Assembly (NCBI GenBank): GCA_963666205.1
Contig: OY762654.1
Span: 2,752,001 to 2,816,000, forward strand
Reading direction: 5' to 3'
DNA length: 64,000 nucleotides
Origin: Synergistales bacterium
GTDB lineage: Bacteria > Synergistota > Synergistia > Synergistales > JAFGMB01
Shown: positions 29,652-39,973 of the stretch, one piece after another
How the letters are laid out: the number at the start of each line of letters is the position of its first letter
How positions within the stretch are numbered: position 1 is the first letter of the stretch
Notes under the pieces: generated by a model
Seen by the model: only the letters and a program-made list of their open reading frames with translations
Told to the model about the DNA's origin: nothing
Databases searched by the model: none
Made by a program: the position numbers and the translations under genes

Positions 29652-32300
29652 ATGAATGGGGGATATATCTTGGGGAATTTGCTAGATCTGTTTAAAGGAT
29701 GGAGCTGTATTGATCAGATAAATCTTGAAGGCCGACCGGCGAAATATGAATCATGGGAGAATTTACCAATTTCACAAGGTTCCAGAAAAGTATTGTCCCA
29801 AATCAATCCTGAGGGGTTATATTTGCACCAATATCATGCACTTAAAAATGTTCTTAAAAAAAAGAATGTTTGCATGACCACGAGTACAGCTTCGGGAAAG
29901 AGCCTAGTATTTTATATCTCTGCGATAGAGATATTAAAACAAGACCCAACAGCTAAAATCCTAGCAATGTATCCTCTCAAAGCTTTGGGAAGAGAACAAG
30001 AAGACCGCTGGAAAACCACGTTAGCTCAAGCTGGACTAGATGCTCGAGTTGGAAGAATTGATGGTTCAATCTATTCAACTTTACGATCCCAGATTATCCA
30101 AGATTCAAATATATTGATAATGACTCCAGATGTTGTTCACGCGTGGCTTTTATCAAACCTCTCGAACAATAAAATATTAACATTCCTCCAGTCTCTTCGT
30201 ATGGTGATAATAGATGAGGTTCATACTTATAATGGTGTTTTTGGATCAAATGCAGCCTTTCTCATTAGAAGACTGCAATCTACAACGAAACTATTAGACA
30301 TCCAACTCCAGTTCATATGTGCTTCTGCTACCATCGCAAAATCGGAAGAGCACCTCGAGAAACTTGTTGGGGAACCATTTACTCATATTGGAGCAGATCT
30401 TGATACTTCTCCTAAGTATCCTGTAGAGATTTTCCTTCTGAATCCACCCGGAAATTCAGATATCCTCTCTGAAATTGCTACCCTACTTAACAATCTAGTA
30501 ACGCTGGATCATTTTCGGTTCATTTGTTTCGTAGATAGCCGGAAACAAACAGAACATATTGCTTCCATTCTAGCAAGGCAAGATCACCAAGAGGATGATA
30601 GTCAAGATATTAAAGACAAATTTGATCATTTACAGAATCTTGATGTTCTTCCTTACAGGGCTGGTTATGAAGAAGCTGATCGGAGAACAATCCAGCAAAG
30701 ACTCAGCAATGGCTCTCTTAAGGGGGTAGTTAGCACGAGTGCCTTGGAATTAGGTCTTGATATTCCAGATCTTAATGCAGCGGTACTGGTAGGCGTACCG
30801 AGATCTTCCACAAGTCTTCATCAGAGAATTGGTCGAATTGGGAGGCATGGTCCAGGCACTGTTTTTATTATTAATACTGGAGATGTTTTTGATGAAACTG
30901 TTTTTCTTAAGCCCAAAGAATTTATGAATCGGCCTATGGCTGAATGTGCCTTGTATCTTGAAAACCAGAGAATTCAATATATACATGTCCTATGCTTGGG
31001 GAGACATAATGGTGAGTTAGAACAGATATGTCAACATGTTAACATCCAAGCTGATGACGATACTCTGAAAGATCTTTTAGAGTGGCCTAAAGGATTTGGT
31101 GAATTAATTCAAAAAGAAAGGATAGGTGAAATTCCTGTAGATCTTCAAGCAATGAAAGAGGAGGCAGGAGAAGATCCAAATCACTATTATCCGCTTAGAG
31201 ATGTTGGCGTTCAATATAAGGTGGAGTTTCATCATATGGGGACAGTAGAATCGTTGGGAACTCTTTCTAACAGTCAGCTTATGCGGGAAGCTTACCCTGG
31301 AGCTGTCTATTATTACACAACCAAGCCATATCGAGTCTATCAGATTTTTCACAATACCAAGGCAATTAGGGTTAGAAAAGAAAATCATTATTCCACAAAG
31401 CCTCTTGCGTTGCCTACATTGGTCTTTCCTAATCTTACAGAAGGTAATGTTTTTCAGTCTTATCGTTTAGATGAATGTTGTGTTCTTGAAAGTAATCTAC
31501 AGATAAGGGAGTCTGTAATCGGTTTTGAAGAAAGGAGAGGTCCCAACAAGTTTGTTCAAAGTTATCCAGTTGACCATTCTGAAACAGGTATTAGATTTGA
31601 TATGCCGAGATTTGCCAGAAATTTCTTTACCACCGGCATAATTCTATTCCATCCTTGTTTAATGAATACAGGAGTAGAAGTTGAAAAGATTGCCTCAATT
31701 ATTTTCGAAGCATTTCTAATGCACATACCATTTGAGAGGCGGGACCTGAATTATTCTTGTGATAAATTTAGAAAAACCAGAGGTTTGGCAGAGAAAGACC
31801 AAAGATTTATTGCTGTATATGATCAAACCTATGGGAGTCTGAGATTATCTAGCAGATTACTTGAAGCGGGAACCCTAAAGAAAGTATTAGAAATAACCTT
31901 GGAAATGATAAAAACAGACGCAGCGCCAGAATTGTCAGAAGCCTCATTGGAAGCTTTAAATTCACTTTATGAATGTTCCCAAATGACTCAGATATCCTTT
32001 GATTGCCATGTGGAAGAAATCTCTGAGGCAGATGGAGACACGAATCTTGTCAAAGTTATTCTCCCTGGCAGTAAGGGATTAGATATTAAAAAGGATAACG
32101 AGGAATTTTCTGTTGAAGAAATATTTTATACACCAAGAGGCTTGCGATACAGAGGAAAGCATCTTTCGGATACTAGAGGTGGAGCTATTATTTCGATTCC
32201 TTGTGATTCGCTGGTTGAAATCCCAGGAGAATCTCTTATGGGATATTACAACCTGGATGCAGGTGAAGTTGTTGAAAACGTAGACGTGATGTCGTTCTAG
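29652..32300 (+). CDS. Hrq1/YprA(MrfA)-like DEAH-box helicase
   Basis: LYLHQ, TASGKS, DEVH, SAT, YRAGY, STSALELGLD, QRIGRIGR and EAYPGAVY. Confidence 0.85.
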   Translation: MNGGYILGNLLDLFKGWSCIDQINLEGRPAKYESWENLPISQGSRKVLSQINPEGLYLHQYHALKNVLKKKNVCMTTSTASGKSLVFYISAIEILKQDPTAKILAMYPLKALGREQEDRWKTTLAQAGLDARVGRIDGSIYSTLRSQIIQDSNILIMTPDVVHAWLLSNLSNNKILTFLQSLRMVIIDEVHTYNGVFGSNAAFLIRRLQSTTKLLDIQLQFICASATIAKSEEHLEKLVGEPFTHIGADLDTSPKYPVEIFLLNPPGNSDILSEIATLLNNLVTLDHFRFICFVDSRKQTEHIASILARQDHQEDDSQDIKDKFDHLQNLDVLPYRAGYEEADRRTIQQRLSNGSLKGVVSTSALELGLDIPDLNAAVLVGVPRSSTSLHQRIGRIGRHGPGTVFIINTGDVFDETVFLKPKEFMNRPMAECALYLENQRIQYIHVLCLGRHNGELEQICQHVNIQADDDTLKDLLEWPKGFGELIQKERIGEIPVDLQAMKEEAGEDPNHYYPLRDVGVQYKVEFHHMGTVESLGTLSNSQLMREAYPGAVYYYTTKPYRVYQIFHNTKAIRVRKENHYSTKPLALPTLVFPNLTEGNVFQSYRLDECCVLESNLQIRESVIGFEERRGPNKFVQSYPVDHSETGIRFDMPRFARNFFTTGIILFHPCLMNTGVEVEKIASIIFEAFLMHIPFERRDLNYSCDKFRKTRGLAEKDQRFIAVYDQTYGSLRLSSRLLEAGTLKKVLEITLEMIKTDAAPELSEASLEALNSLYECSQMTQISFDCHVEEISEADGDTNLVKVILPGSKGLDIKKDNEEFSVEEIFYTPRGLRYRGKHLSDTRGGAIISIPCDSLVEIPGESLMGYYNLDAGEVVENVDVMSF

Positions 32301-32451
32301 CTATTCATCTTAAGAGTGTATTTATATATTGTTTCTCCAATATCCCCATATGTAGCTAATATTGTGTGATTTATAGAGAGATATACATATATATTATTTC
32401 ACTGAACCAGTAAGTTATTGCAATCCCATAACAAAATAATCAGTTTCTATT

Positions 32452-32490
32452 AAGACTCCAGGTTAACCACCTGGGGTCTTTTTCTATTTT
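32452..32490 (+). terminator. Rho-independent terminator
   Basis: aagactccagg...cctggggtctttttct. Confidence 0.65.
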
Positions 32491-32705
32491 AAGGGAGGTG
32501 TTTTTGAAAAAATGTTGGGAACAAGTGGAGAAAATTCCAGTGATCACAAGGTATCAGCAAGAAATGGAAAGCAACATACGAAAGAAATGAGAAGAAATGT
32601 ATGTCCAGATCTCTATTATGACCAGACGGATTACCAGGCAATGGAACTGGACAGAAATTACGGCAGATTAGTGAGCATGCTTGAAAACAGGGGAGGTCTT
32701 TTTAT

Positions 32706-33641
32706 ATGAAAATGCTCGTATCCACAAAGGATATGGACCGAAACGAATGGCTCAAGTGGAGGAAAAAAGGCATCGGCGGCAGCGATGCCTCAGCTGTGGC
32801 AGGAATATCCAGATGGAAGAGTCCTCTCGAAGTATATCTTGAGAAGACTGACCAGATACCATCAAGAGAAGCGGGTGAACCAGCATACTGGGGAACGGTT
32901 CTGGAAGACATAGTGGCAAGGGAGTTCACAAAAAGAACCGGTCTTTCAGTAAGAAAGAAGAATGCCATGTTCCAGCATGATAGTCACCCCTTCATGTTTG
33001 CAAATGTGGACAGGGAGGTCATAGGTTCAAACAAAGGTCTTGAATGCAAGACTGCTTCATCATGGAAGGAAAGCGAATGGAAAAATGATGATGTACCGCC
33101 AGAATATGTGTTGCAGTGCCAGCACTACATGGAGGTGATGGACTGGGATTCAATGTATCTTGCAGTGTTGATAGGCGGTCAGAAGTTTCTATGGAAGGAA
33201 GTGCCAAGGGACCAGGAACTCATAGATCTTCTAATTCATGCAGAAAGGGATTTCTGGAATCGGGTAGAGAGAAAGGATCCTCCACCCATAGAAGGACATC
33301 CAAAGGATAAGGACCTTCTCGATATCCTCTATCCGTCAGCACTAAGATATGACGAATCTGTTGAACTGCCGGAGGAAGCAGAACTGCTGGTAAAGGAATT
33401 CGAAGAAGCCGGCATCGACGAAAAGGATGCCAAGGCAAGAAAAGAATCTGCCGGTAATAAACTTAAAAGCCTGCTTGGAGAGAATCCTCTCGGCAGACTG
33501 GATACCCATATCGTCAAATGGGAGAACGTAATAAGCAGCAGACTGGATACACAGAAACTGAAGAAGGAAAAGCCGGAAGTATATTTCGATTACCTCAAGG
33601 AATCGGCTTACAGGAAATTCTCAATCAGGGAGGTGGCCTGA
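32706..33641 (+). CDS. YqaJ-like viral recombinase exonuclease (lambda-Exo family)
   Basis: WLKWRKKGIGGSD, FANVDR, LECKT and QCQHYM. Confidence 0.9.
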   Translation: MKMLVSTKDMDRNEWLKWRKKGIGGSDASAVAGISRWKSPLEVYLEKTDQIPSREAGEPAYWGTVLEDIVAREFTKRTGLSVRKKNAMFQHDSHPFMFANVDREVIGSNKGLECKTASSWKESEWKNDDVPPEYVLQCQHYMEVMDWDSMYLAVLIGGQKFLWKEVPRDQELIDLLIHAERDFWNRVERKDPPPIEGHPKDKDLLDILYPSALRYDESVELPEEAELLVKEFEEAGIDEKDAKARKESAGNKLKSLLGENPLGRLDTHIVKWENVISSRLDTQKLKKEKPEVYFDYLKESAYRKFSIREVA

Positions 33642-33642
33642 T

Positions 33643-34512
33643 TTGGCAGTATCAAAAGCAAATGAAACGGCAAAGAACCGTTTAAGGAACAGTAACCATT
33701 CTGGTAATGTACAGACTGTACGATCCGTACAGATAGAAAAGGGTGAACTGGCAACAGGCAGCGAAACATCAAAGGAGATTCAGCAGAACAAACCTTCAGG
33801 CACTTTATGGGAATACATCAATTCAAGGAAGGAGACCATATCCAAGGCACTTCCCAAACACATGACACCAGAAAGAATGGGCATGATAGCCTTCACCGAG
33901 ATAAGAAGGAATCCAAAATTATTGCAATGCACACCCCAGTCACTCTTTGGATCCATCATGCAGGCATCCCAGCTTGGTGTCGAGCCAGGTCCGCTGGGTC
34001 AATGCTATCTGGTACCCTTCTGGAACAAGAAAACATCCACCTATGATGTGCAGTTCATCCTTGGCTACAAGGGAATGATCGATCTTGCAAGAAGATCTGG
34101 AAACATAAAGTCCATCTATGCCCACGAAGTTAGAAACAATGACCAGTTCGAATACTCCTATGGTCTGAATCCTACACTTATCCATAAACCCTCTCTTAAG
34201 AACAGAGGAGATGTTACAGGGTTCTACGGTGTGGTTCATTTCAAAGATGGAGGTTACCAGTTTGAATTCATGTCCATCGATGAAGTGGAGCAGAGGAAGG
34301 AAAGGTCCAAGTCATCAGAGAACGGCCCCTGGGTAACAGACTATGAGGAGATGGGGAAGAAGACCATCCTTCGTCACATGTGGAAATACCTTCCAGTAAG
34401 TGTTGAGGTTATGAGACAGACTGCTCTTGACGAAACTGTTACAGACATCGAGAAACCAGATATCCCTCTTTCTGTCTATGATATCGACAGCAAAGAAGAA
34501 GCGGCCGCCTGA
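33643..34512 (+). CDS. recT: RecT single-strand annealing protein
   Basis: ALPKHMTPER, LGQCYLVPF, GYKGMIDLARRSG and PWVTDYEEMGKKT. Confidence 0.9.
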   Translation: MAVSKANETAKNRLRNSNHSGNVQTVRSVQIEKGELATGSETSKEIQQNKPSGTLWEYINSRKETISKALPKHMTPERMGMIAFTEIRRNPKLLQCTPQSLFGSIMQASQLGVEPGPLGQCYLVPFWNKKTSTYDVQFILGYKGMIDLARRSGNIKSIYAHEVRNNDQFEYSYGLNPTLIHKPSLKNRGDVTGFYGVVHFKDGGYQFEFMSIDEVEQRKERSKSSENGPWVTDYEEMGKKTILRHMWKYLPVSVEVMRQTALDETVTDIEKPDIPLSVYDIDSKEEAAA

Positions 34513-34718
34513 TTTTCTAACTGGTATAAAATATATTTATTTCAAGGATAAATATCCATGTTTACCAGTAATTGCAATAACTCATACTGTTTCCATTTCA
34601 CCCAATCATCCTTATTTACCTGTTATTTCCCAATCACATCAAACACATAAGGTAACCTTACTATTCCCCATACTTCTGTTATCTTTCTGTAAATATTTTC
34701 TAAATTATCCATTCCAAA

Positions 34719-34744
34719 GGGGACATCAGCAAAAGGATGTCCCC
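34719..34744. terminator. Hairpin downstream of recT
   Basis: ggggacatc...gatgtcccc. Confidence 0.5.
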
Positions 34745-35020
34745 ATATTATTATTCCCATTCAGCTTTCAAGTAGGATTTCATGAATAAAAATATCCCAG
34801 TGTAAATCTATCCTTTTTGATTTTAGTCATATTCCATATTTTCACATCTCAATTATTGCAAATCTGATGGAAATTCATATGTCTAGATGATAGCTAATCA
34901 TATATTGACACAATTCAACTAGTAATAATACAAATAATCATATTGAAACATTGTATCTATAACCAGTAAGAACAGTGAGATTTATCAGATTACCAGTAGA
35001 TATTTAGGATATTTATTGAA

Positions 35021-35156
35021 TTCAACATAACCATAGTGGAGGATGGAAGCAATGGAGGCAAATACCAATATATATTACAACAATATTATTATTATATTAA
35101 ATAACAGTATGATTTCTCTTCCATCATCCTCCATCTTCCACTGGTATGTAGTTGAA
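35021..35156. repeat. Long imperfect inverted repeat built of TGGARG units around an AT-rich core
   Basis: agtggaggatggaagcaatggagg ... cttccatcatcctccatcttccact. Confidence 0.65.
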
Positions 35157-35321
35157 TATTCATGATTTGCAAGTATGGATATTATCCTTATCTGATTACT
35201 ATTCTGGTTATTCTGCATGGTTATTCTGTCTGGTAAGTATACATAAACATACTAACTATATGGTTATTGAAATAATCCAATAGCTAAATAACTACATAAT
35301 AACTACATGATCACATGGTGA

Positions 35322-35540
35322 ATGAAGGTGATCGTGACTTTTTATCCAGATAGAAATAAATCATGTAGAAGAAAAATATTACTGGTCATGTTAGCAATAA
35401 TTCTGTTGGTCTACATTATGGTTAGATTAGCAATATTGTTAGTGATAGCAATGAATATTGTTGTAATTATGCTGTTCCAGTCTGATCTTGGAAAATACCT
35501 TGGAAAACAGGTAACAAAGAATGGGAGGAGTACCTCATAA
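35322..35540 (+). CDS. Small hydrophobic hypothetical protein
   Basis: ORF with a long hydrophobic stretch. Confidence 0.35.
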   Translation: MKVIVTFYPDRNKSCRRKILLVMLAIILLVYIMVRLAILLVIAMNIVVIMLFQSDLGKYLGKQVTKNGRSTS

Positions 35541-35554
35541 AGATAAAAAGTATA

Positions 35555-36001
35555 GTGATGTCAATGATCTTAGTCATGATGCTGTTGAATGGGACAGCTG
35601 AAGCTAATGTTGGAGTAGTATCTAGTGTAATTTCAGGATCCAGGGTGTCTTCATTAGTTTTTAAACCAGTTGTAGTTATACCATTGGTTGTTTCAAGATT
35701 AGTCAGGAATTGTAAATTATCCAGAGTTATAGCTAATGGAGGTATAGCTCAAAAGATAAGTACCTTTATCAAGGATAATGCCAGGGGAATGTTAGCTGGA
35801 GTAGTTTTATCTGGAATATGGAACAAGCCTGAGAAAACAAAAAGTATAATCCAGATGTTCTACAGCATTATTCCATTTCCATTGAGGGTAATTTTACTGG
35901 TGATTGTTGTTGGGTATCTGTCACCGTTAATTAGGGGTAGTATAAATAAGATGAAAGACTTAATAGGTAAGGAAGGATCTGATACTAGCAAAGAAGCATA
36001 A
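35555..36001 (+). CDS. Hypothetical membrane protein
   Basis: Signal-like N-terminus and TM segments; start uncertain. Confidence 0.45.
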   Translation: MMSMILVMMLLNGTAEANVGVVSSVISGSRVSSLVFKPVVVIPLVVSRLVRNCKLSRVIANGGIAQKISTFIKDNARGMLAGVVLSGIWNKPEKTKSIIQMFYSIIPFPLRVILLVIVVGYLSPLIRGSINKMKDLIGKEGSDTSKEA

Positions 36002-36204
36002 TCCCTAACATTTCCCAAAATTAAGAATATACCTTTTTTACCGGGACCATCGCTCTTAATCCAAAATATTTAGGGTTTCCCATTGAAATTATTTCAAAAT
36101 AGAAGAACCATGTATGAACTTTATTCCCTTGTTTTTAAATTTTACCTTTTGCGGTTCTTCATGAAACACCTCATTTTATAAAATCTTTTCCATTTTTTTA
36201 AGGT

Positions 36205-36281
36205 GCGCCGGTAGCTCAGCTGGATAGAGCGGCGGTCTACGGAACCGCAGGTCACGAGTTCGAATCTTGTCCGGCGCGCCA
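36205..36281 (+). tRNA. tRNA-Arg(ACG), copy 1, at the island A/B junction
   Basis: 77 nt; GCGCCGG/CCGGCGC acceptor stem, GCGGT-CTACGGA-ACCGC anticodon arm, TTCGAAT loop, encoded CCA. Confidence 0.95.
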
Positions 36282-36354
36282 TTTCTTCGAAATATTGGTA
36301 AGACTGGTTAGAATACATTCAGTAAAACATTAGAAGACCAGAGAAATTCCAGTA

Positions 36355-36380
36355 TACAATGGCGAGACCGCAGTCCTTGA
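36355..36380 (+). repeat. Island-end motif, island B left copy
   Basis: tacaatggcgagaccgcagtccttga; 25/26 identical to 45901-45926. Confidence 0.75.
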
Positions 36381-36416
36381 AATATGCCTCTCATCAATAT
36401 GATGGGAGGTTTTTTT

Positions 36417-37349
36417 ATGAATGTAGTACCACTTTCGAGATACGCAAAGCCAACATGGGAAGAAGCCCTTGAAGATTTCCTTAACCTTAAGGGAGCAGAG
36501 GGCAGAGCACCCAGAACCCTCACAGACTACCGCAAGCATGTCACACGATTTTTTACCAGATTCCCCGATGCATATGAGAATGAGAAGGAAGCCCGTAGCG
36601 CCCTCCTGAAGCATCTAGCTCAGGCAAAGACACCTTCTACCCATAACCTGAGACTTGAGTATCTCAGAGGCTTTTCCCGATGGCTCTGGGAGGAAGGGAT
36701 CTTCACTAATGATGTTACCTACAAGCTAAAGAAGCAAAAGAATCCCGGAAAGTTTATTCCTGTGGATAAGGATAGCCTTTTGTCGCTTCTTGGACTTCCA
36801 GATCTAGCTACCTATACAGGTTACAGGGATTACTGCCTGATCCTTTTTACCCTGGATACTGCAACTAGACCGGGTGAGGCTCTTAAGCTTATACCTTCAG
36901 ACTTCAACTTGAGGAGTCTTGAGGTCCACATCCCTTCTCTTGTGGCAAAGACGAGGATCTCAAGAACCATTCCTATATCAGGAGAAACGACTAAGTCTAT
37001 AAGGAAGTTACTGAGCGTTAGACATCCAGAATGGAAAGACAATGTACCCTTGTTTGCATCAAGTGATGGTCTATGTATGCTTGAAACATCATGGGGGAAG
37101 AGGATGAGGGGGTACAGTAAGAAACTTGGGGTAAAAATAACTCCATATATGCTTAGACATAGTTCTGCTACATTGTTTCTCCGTAATGGGGGATCAAGCT
37201 TCGCACTTCAGAGGATGATGGGTCATACCTCAATGGAGATGACCGAAAGGTATGTCCATCTTGTCCAAGACGATGTCAAACAGGAACATAAGAAGCATTC
37301 TGCTTTAAGCGGAATGTTTGAAGAGATTCACAGAAAGAGGAGATTATAA
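36417..37349 (+). CDS. Tyrosine integrase of island B
   Basis: DTATRPGEAL, AKTR, PYMLRH and MGHTSMEMTERY; GGAGG RBS; directly after the tRNA. Confidence 0.92.
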   Translation: MNVVPLSRYAKPTWEEALEDFLNLKGAEGRAPRTLTDYRKHVTRFFTRFPDAYENEKEARSALLKHLAQAKTPSTHNLRLEYLRGFSRWLWEEGIFTNDVTYKLKKQKNPGKFIPVDKDSLLSLLGLPDLATYTGYRDYCLILFTLDTATRPGEALKLIPSDFNLRSLEVHIPSLVAKTRISRTIPISGETTKSIRKLLSVRHPEWKDNVPLFASSDGLCMLETSWGKRMRGYSKKLGVKITPYMLRHSSATLFLRNGGSSFALQRMMGHTSMEMTERYVHLVQDDVKQEHKKHSALSGMFEEIHRKRRL

Positions 37350-37662
37350 GATATATATTTCGTTGGAAGGAAATGTTGTGATAAAAACGAAAAAAGTAAT
37401 ATATTAGTTTTGAATCAGATTTAATATTCTAAAGAGCTATCGATTTGTTCTTGACACAGGCATAAATTAATAGACAATAAGATAGAATTCATTATTTCCC
37501 ATTTATCTCCCATAGACTATCGGTTATCCTCGAATATTTACCCAGTTATCATAACTCTGTGTACCTAGCAAATAGAGTTGTTATGTCTGGTGTTAATAAT
37601 CGTCTTTCTATATGTAATCTTTTTTTTAGTAGGAATAATTTACTTTCATTGGAGGTGTTTTT

Positions 37663-39777
37663 ATGGAAATTAAAGAAAATGATTATCTGAATTGTCGATC
37701 AACTATTGTTAATCGAATTGAAGATACTATTCAATCAATGCCAGAAAAATGCGAAGATGAATTTAAGGCTTTTCCTTTTTTAATGTCCAAATTGTTTTCT
37801 AATGGAGTGTTGGATGAAACACTTTTCGTCCTAGATAAGAAATCAGACCAAGGGATTGATTTTTACGCAAAATATGCTGGTTCTTATGAAATCTTCCAGT
37901 GTAAATTTGCAGATTTAGAAAGGATAATCACATCAGATAAACCTCTTTCTTATGACCAAACAGGAGTAAGAGATCTTGAAAATGCTTATCATTACCTAAT
38001 AGGTGATCAGTCCGTAAAAACTGGAAATAAGGATGTAGAAAAGGTTAGGGCTCAGATAATGGCAGAAGATTGTAAAGAAATATCTTTTAATCTTTGTGTT
38101 TTTGGTAAACTTACAGATGATGCCAGAGAAAAATTCCAATTGCTTCAAAAAGAATATGGAACTGAATATATCGATTTTAACCTCTTTGAATGGCAAGATA
38201 TAGCAAAAGAACTATTTCTGCAATATGCTTCCCCAAAGGAAACATCATTTACATTTCGTGTGAAGGATAACCAAATTCTTCACAAACAAGAGTATTGTTA
38301 TTTTCTATGTAATGTAAAAGACTTTTATGATGTTTTTCAAAAGTTTGGATGGTCCCTTTTTGATCTGAATGTTCGTTCTGAATTAAGCGGTTCTCCAATT
38401 AATAATGAAATTATTAAATCTCTAAAACATGACAAAAGCATGAAATTCTTCCACCATCTCAATAATGGAATCCTTATCTTTTGCAATAACTTCAGTTTTA
38501 CCAAAAGACCTAAGCCTAAGACAAATGGCAATGGAGATGAAATTGAGTCAATTGAAATAAAGAACTTTCAGATCATCAATGGATGTCAAACAGTCTTAGC
38601 AATTAACAGAGCATTTGAAGAAATATGTCATGATAAATTCAAATTTGATCGATTTGACAAAGATTGTTTGGTTCAAGTAAAAGTCATTTCTAAAACACCT
38701 GGTACGAAAGAAATTATTGATGATGTAATTATTTCAACCAATAATCAAAACCCCATGAAAAAAAGGAACCTTAAATCGAATAAACAAGAACAAAGAAAAA
38801 TCAAAGCATATTTTGATAACCTAACTCCTAGATGGTTCTACCAACGCAAAGACGGTGAATTTAATAGTTTTAAAAGTATGCCACATGTGGGTACATTCCA
38901 ATTCAGAATTAGTGACTATAAGGAAGGTAATATTTCGAGGTGTATTGATAATAATGATTTAGCCAAAACTTGGTTATGTTTTATTGGTTTTCCAGATAAG
39001 AGCATGATGACAAGTGATTATTTCATTAAAGATACACTTTATTCAGACATTTTCCAGTCCAAGCCAACTCAATATTTGTGGGATGAGTTTTTAAATCCTG
39101 ATACTGATTTCCAGAGAAAGGATAATTATTTTGATGTTGGGAAATTGCCAATTGTAGAAGAATACTTACTGTCTTATGTAATATGGAATTTCATCAAGTC
39201 TTATTCTCTTTCTCCGAGAGATAATAAAAAAGAGGCTTTGAACAGAGGAGTAAGAAAAGGAGTATTGCACAGAGCAACAACAGAAGATCGGATAATAGAA
39301 TCAGTTGAAGATCAATCTCAATATTTAAAAGATGACGACGAATACGTCTTAAACAATATTATTAACAATAGTAAAGAAGTATTTTTATCCATGTATGCCT
39401 TTGTATTAGTAAGAAAATATGGTTATAACCCTGAAATAGCTAAAAAACTAATCCGAAGCAAGTATTTAGGAGGAATACAAGGATTTGCTCAAGGAAAAAT
39501 ATTTTCACAAGAAATATCAGAACTGGGGAATAATTTATTAGTGAATATCTATGAATTCTTGCGTTTTGTTTTAGGACAGGTATATACCGAAATTAAATCT
39601 GAATACCTTGTTCACCCTAGAAGAAAATACTATTTATCACAACAGAGGTTTATTACAAAATTCAAAAAAAAGATCCTTGAACTCAATAATCAAGAAGGAT
39701 TTAAAATGTATTCTCAAAACTGGAAGACTATGGGCCTGAATTTCTTTGAAAGTATGCCTGATGAGTTAGAATTATGA
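37663..39777 (+). CDS. AIPR family protein with N-terminal restriction-endonuclease-like domain
   Basis: DQGIDF...FQCKF; LFDLNVR, FHHLNNGI, QIINGCQT and STNNQNP. Confidence 0.85.
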   Translation: MEIKENDYLNCRSTIVNRIEDTIQSMPEKCEDEFKAFPFLMSKLFSNGVLDETLFVLDKKSDQGIDFYAKYAGSYEIFQCKFADLERIITSDKPLSYDQTGVRDLENAYHYLIGDQSVKTGNKDVEKVRAQIMAEDCKEISFNLCVFGKLTDDAREKFQLLQKEYGTEYIDFNLFEWQDIAKELFLQYASPKETSFTFRVKDNQILHKQEYCYFLCNVKDFYDVFQKFGWSLFDLNVRSELSGSPINNEIIKSLKHDKSMKFFHHLNNGILIFCNNFSFTKRPKPKTNGNGDEIESIEIKNFQIINGCQTVLAINRAFEEICHDKFKFDRFDKDCLVQVKVISKTPGTKEIIDDVIISTNNQNPMKKRNLKSNKQEQRKIKAYFDNLTPRWFYQRKDGEFNSFKSMPHVGTFQFRISDYKEGNISRCIDNNDLAKTWLCFIGFPDKSMMTSDYFIKDTLYSDIFQSKPTQYLWDEFLNPDTDFQRKDNYFDVGKLPIVEEYLLSYVIWNFIKSYSLSPRDNKKEALNRGVRKGVLHRATTEDRIIESVEDQSQYLKDDDEYVLNNIINNSKEVFLSMYAFVLVRKYGYNPEIAKKLIRSKYLGGIQGFAQGKIFSQEISELGNNLLVNIYEFLRFVLGQVYTEIKSEYLVHPRRKYYLSQQRFITKFKKKILELNNQEGFKMYSQNWKTMGLNFFESMPDELEL

Positions 39778-39814
39778 ATTCAATTAGTGAATTCCACATT
39801 TTTTTATAGCAAGA

Positions 39815-39857
39815 GAAAAAACAGGCCAAGGAAAATGAATCCTTGGCCTGTTTTTTC
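39815..39857 (+). terminator. Bidirectional terminator
   Basis: gaaaaaacaggccaagga...tccttggcctgttttttc. Confidence 0.75.
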
Positions 39858-39973
39858 TTTCATTATTCGAGGCAAGATTGATAAATAAAAAAAGTCGTTA
39901 TATAATATAAATGCAAAATACGCATCCTTTCTGCAAATAATAGACCTAAAATAGCTTATAAGATGTTATAGGG

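Larger units (their letters stand above)
1..36204. mobile_element. Integrative island A (left end outside the window)
   Basis: Integrase 3' end at 1-327 homologous to the integrases that follow the two tRNA copies; replication, recombination and defence cargo; ends at the tRNA-Arg copy at 36205. Confidence 0.75.

Noticed and set aside
32512-32709. 65-aa ORF upstream of yqaJ
   Set aside because: RBS spacing fits a different, shorter TTG frame and no domain is recognisable; left uncalled.
34427-34789. 120-aa ORF after recT
   Set aside because: Overlaps recT out of frame, runs through a hairpin, and has low-complexity composition.
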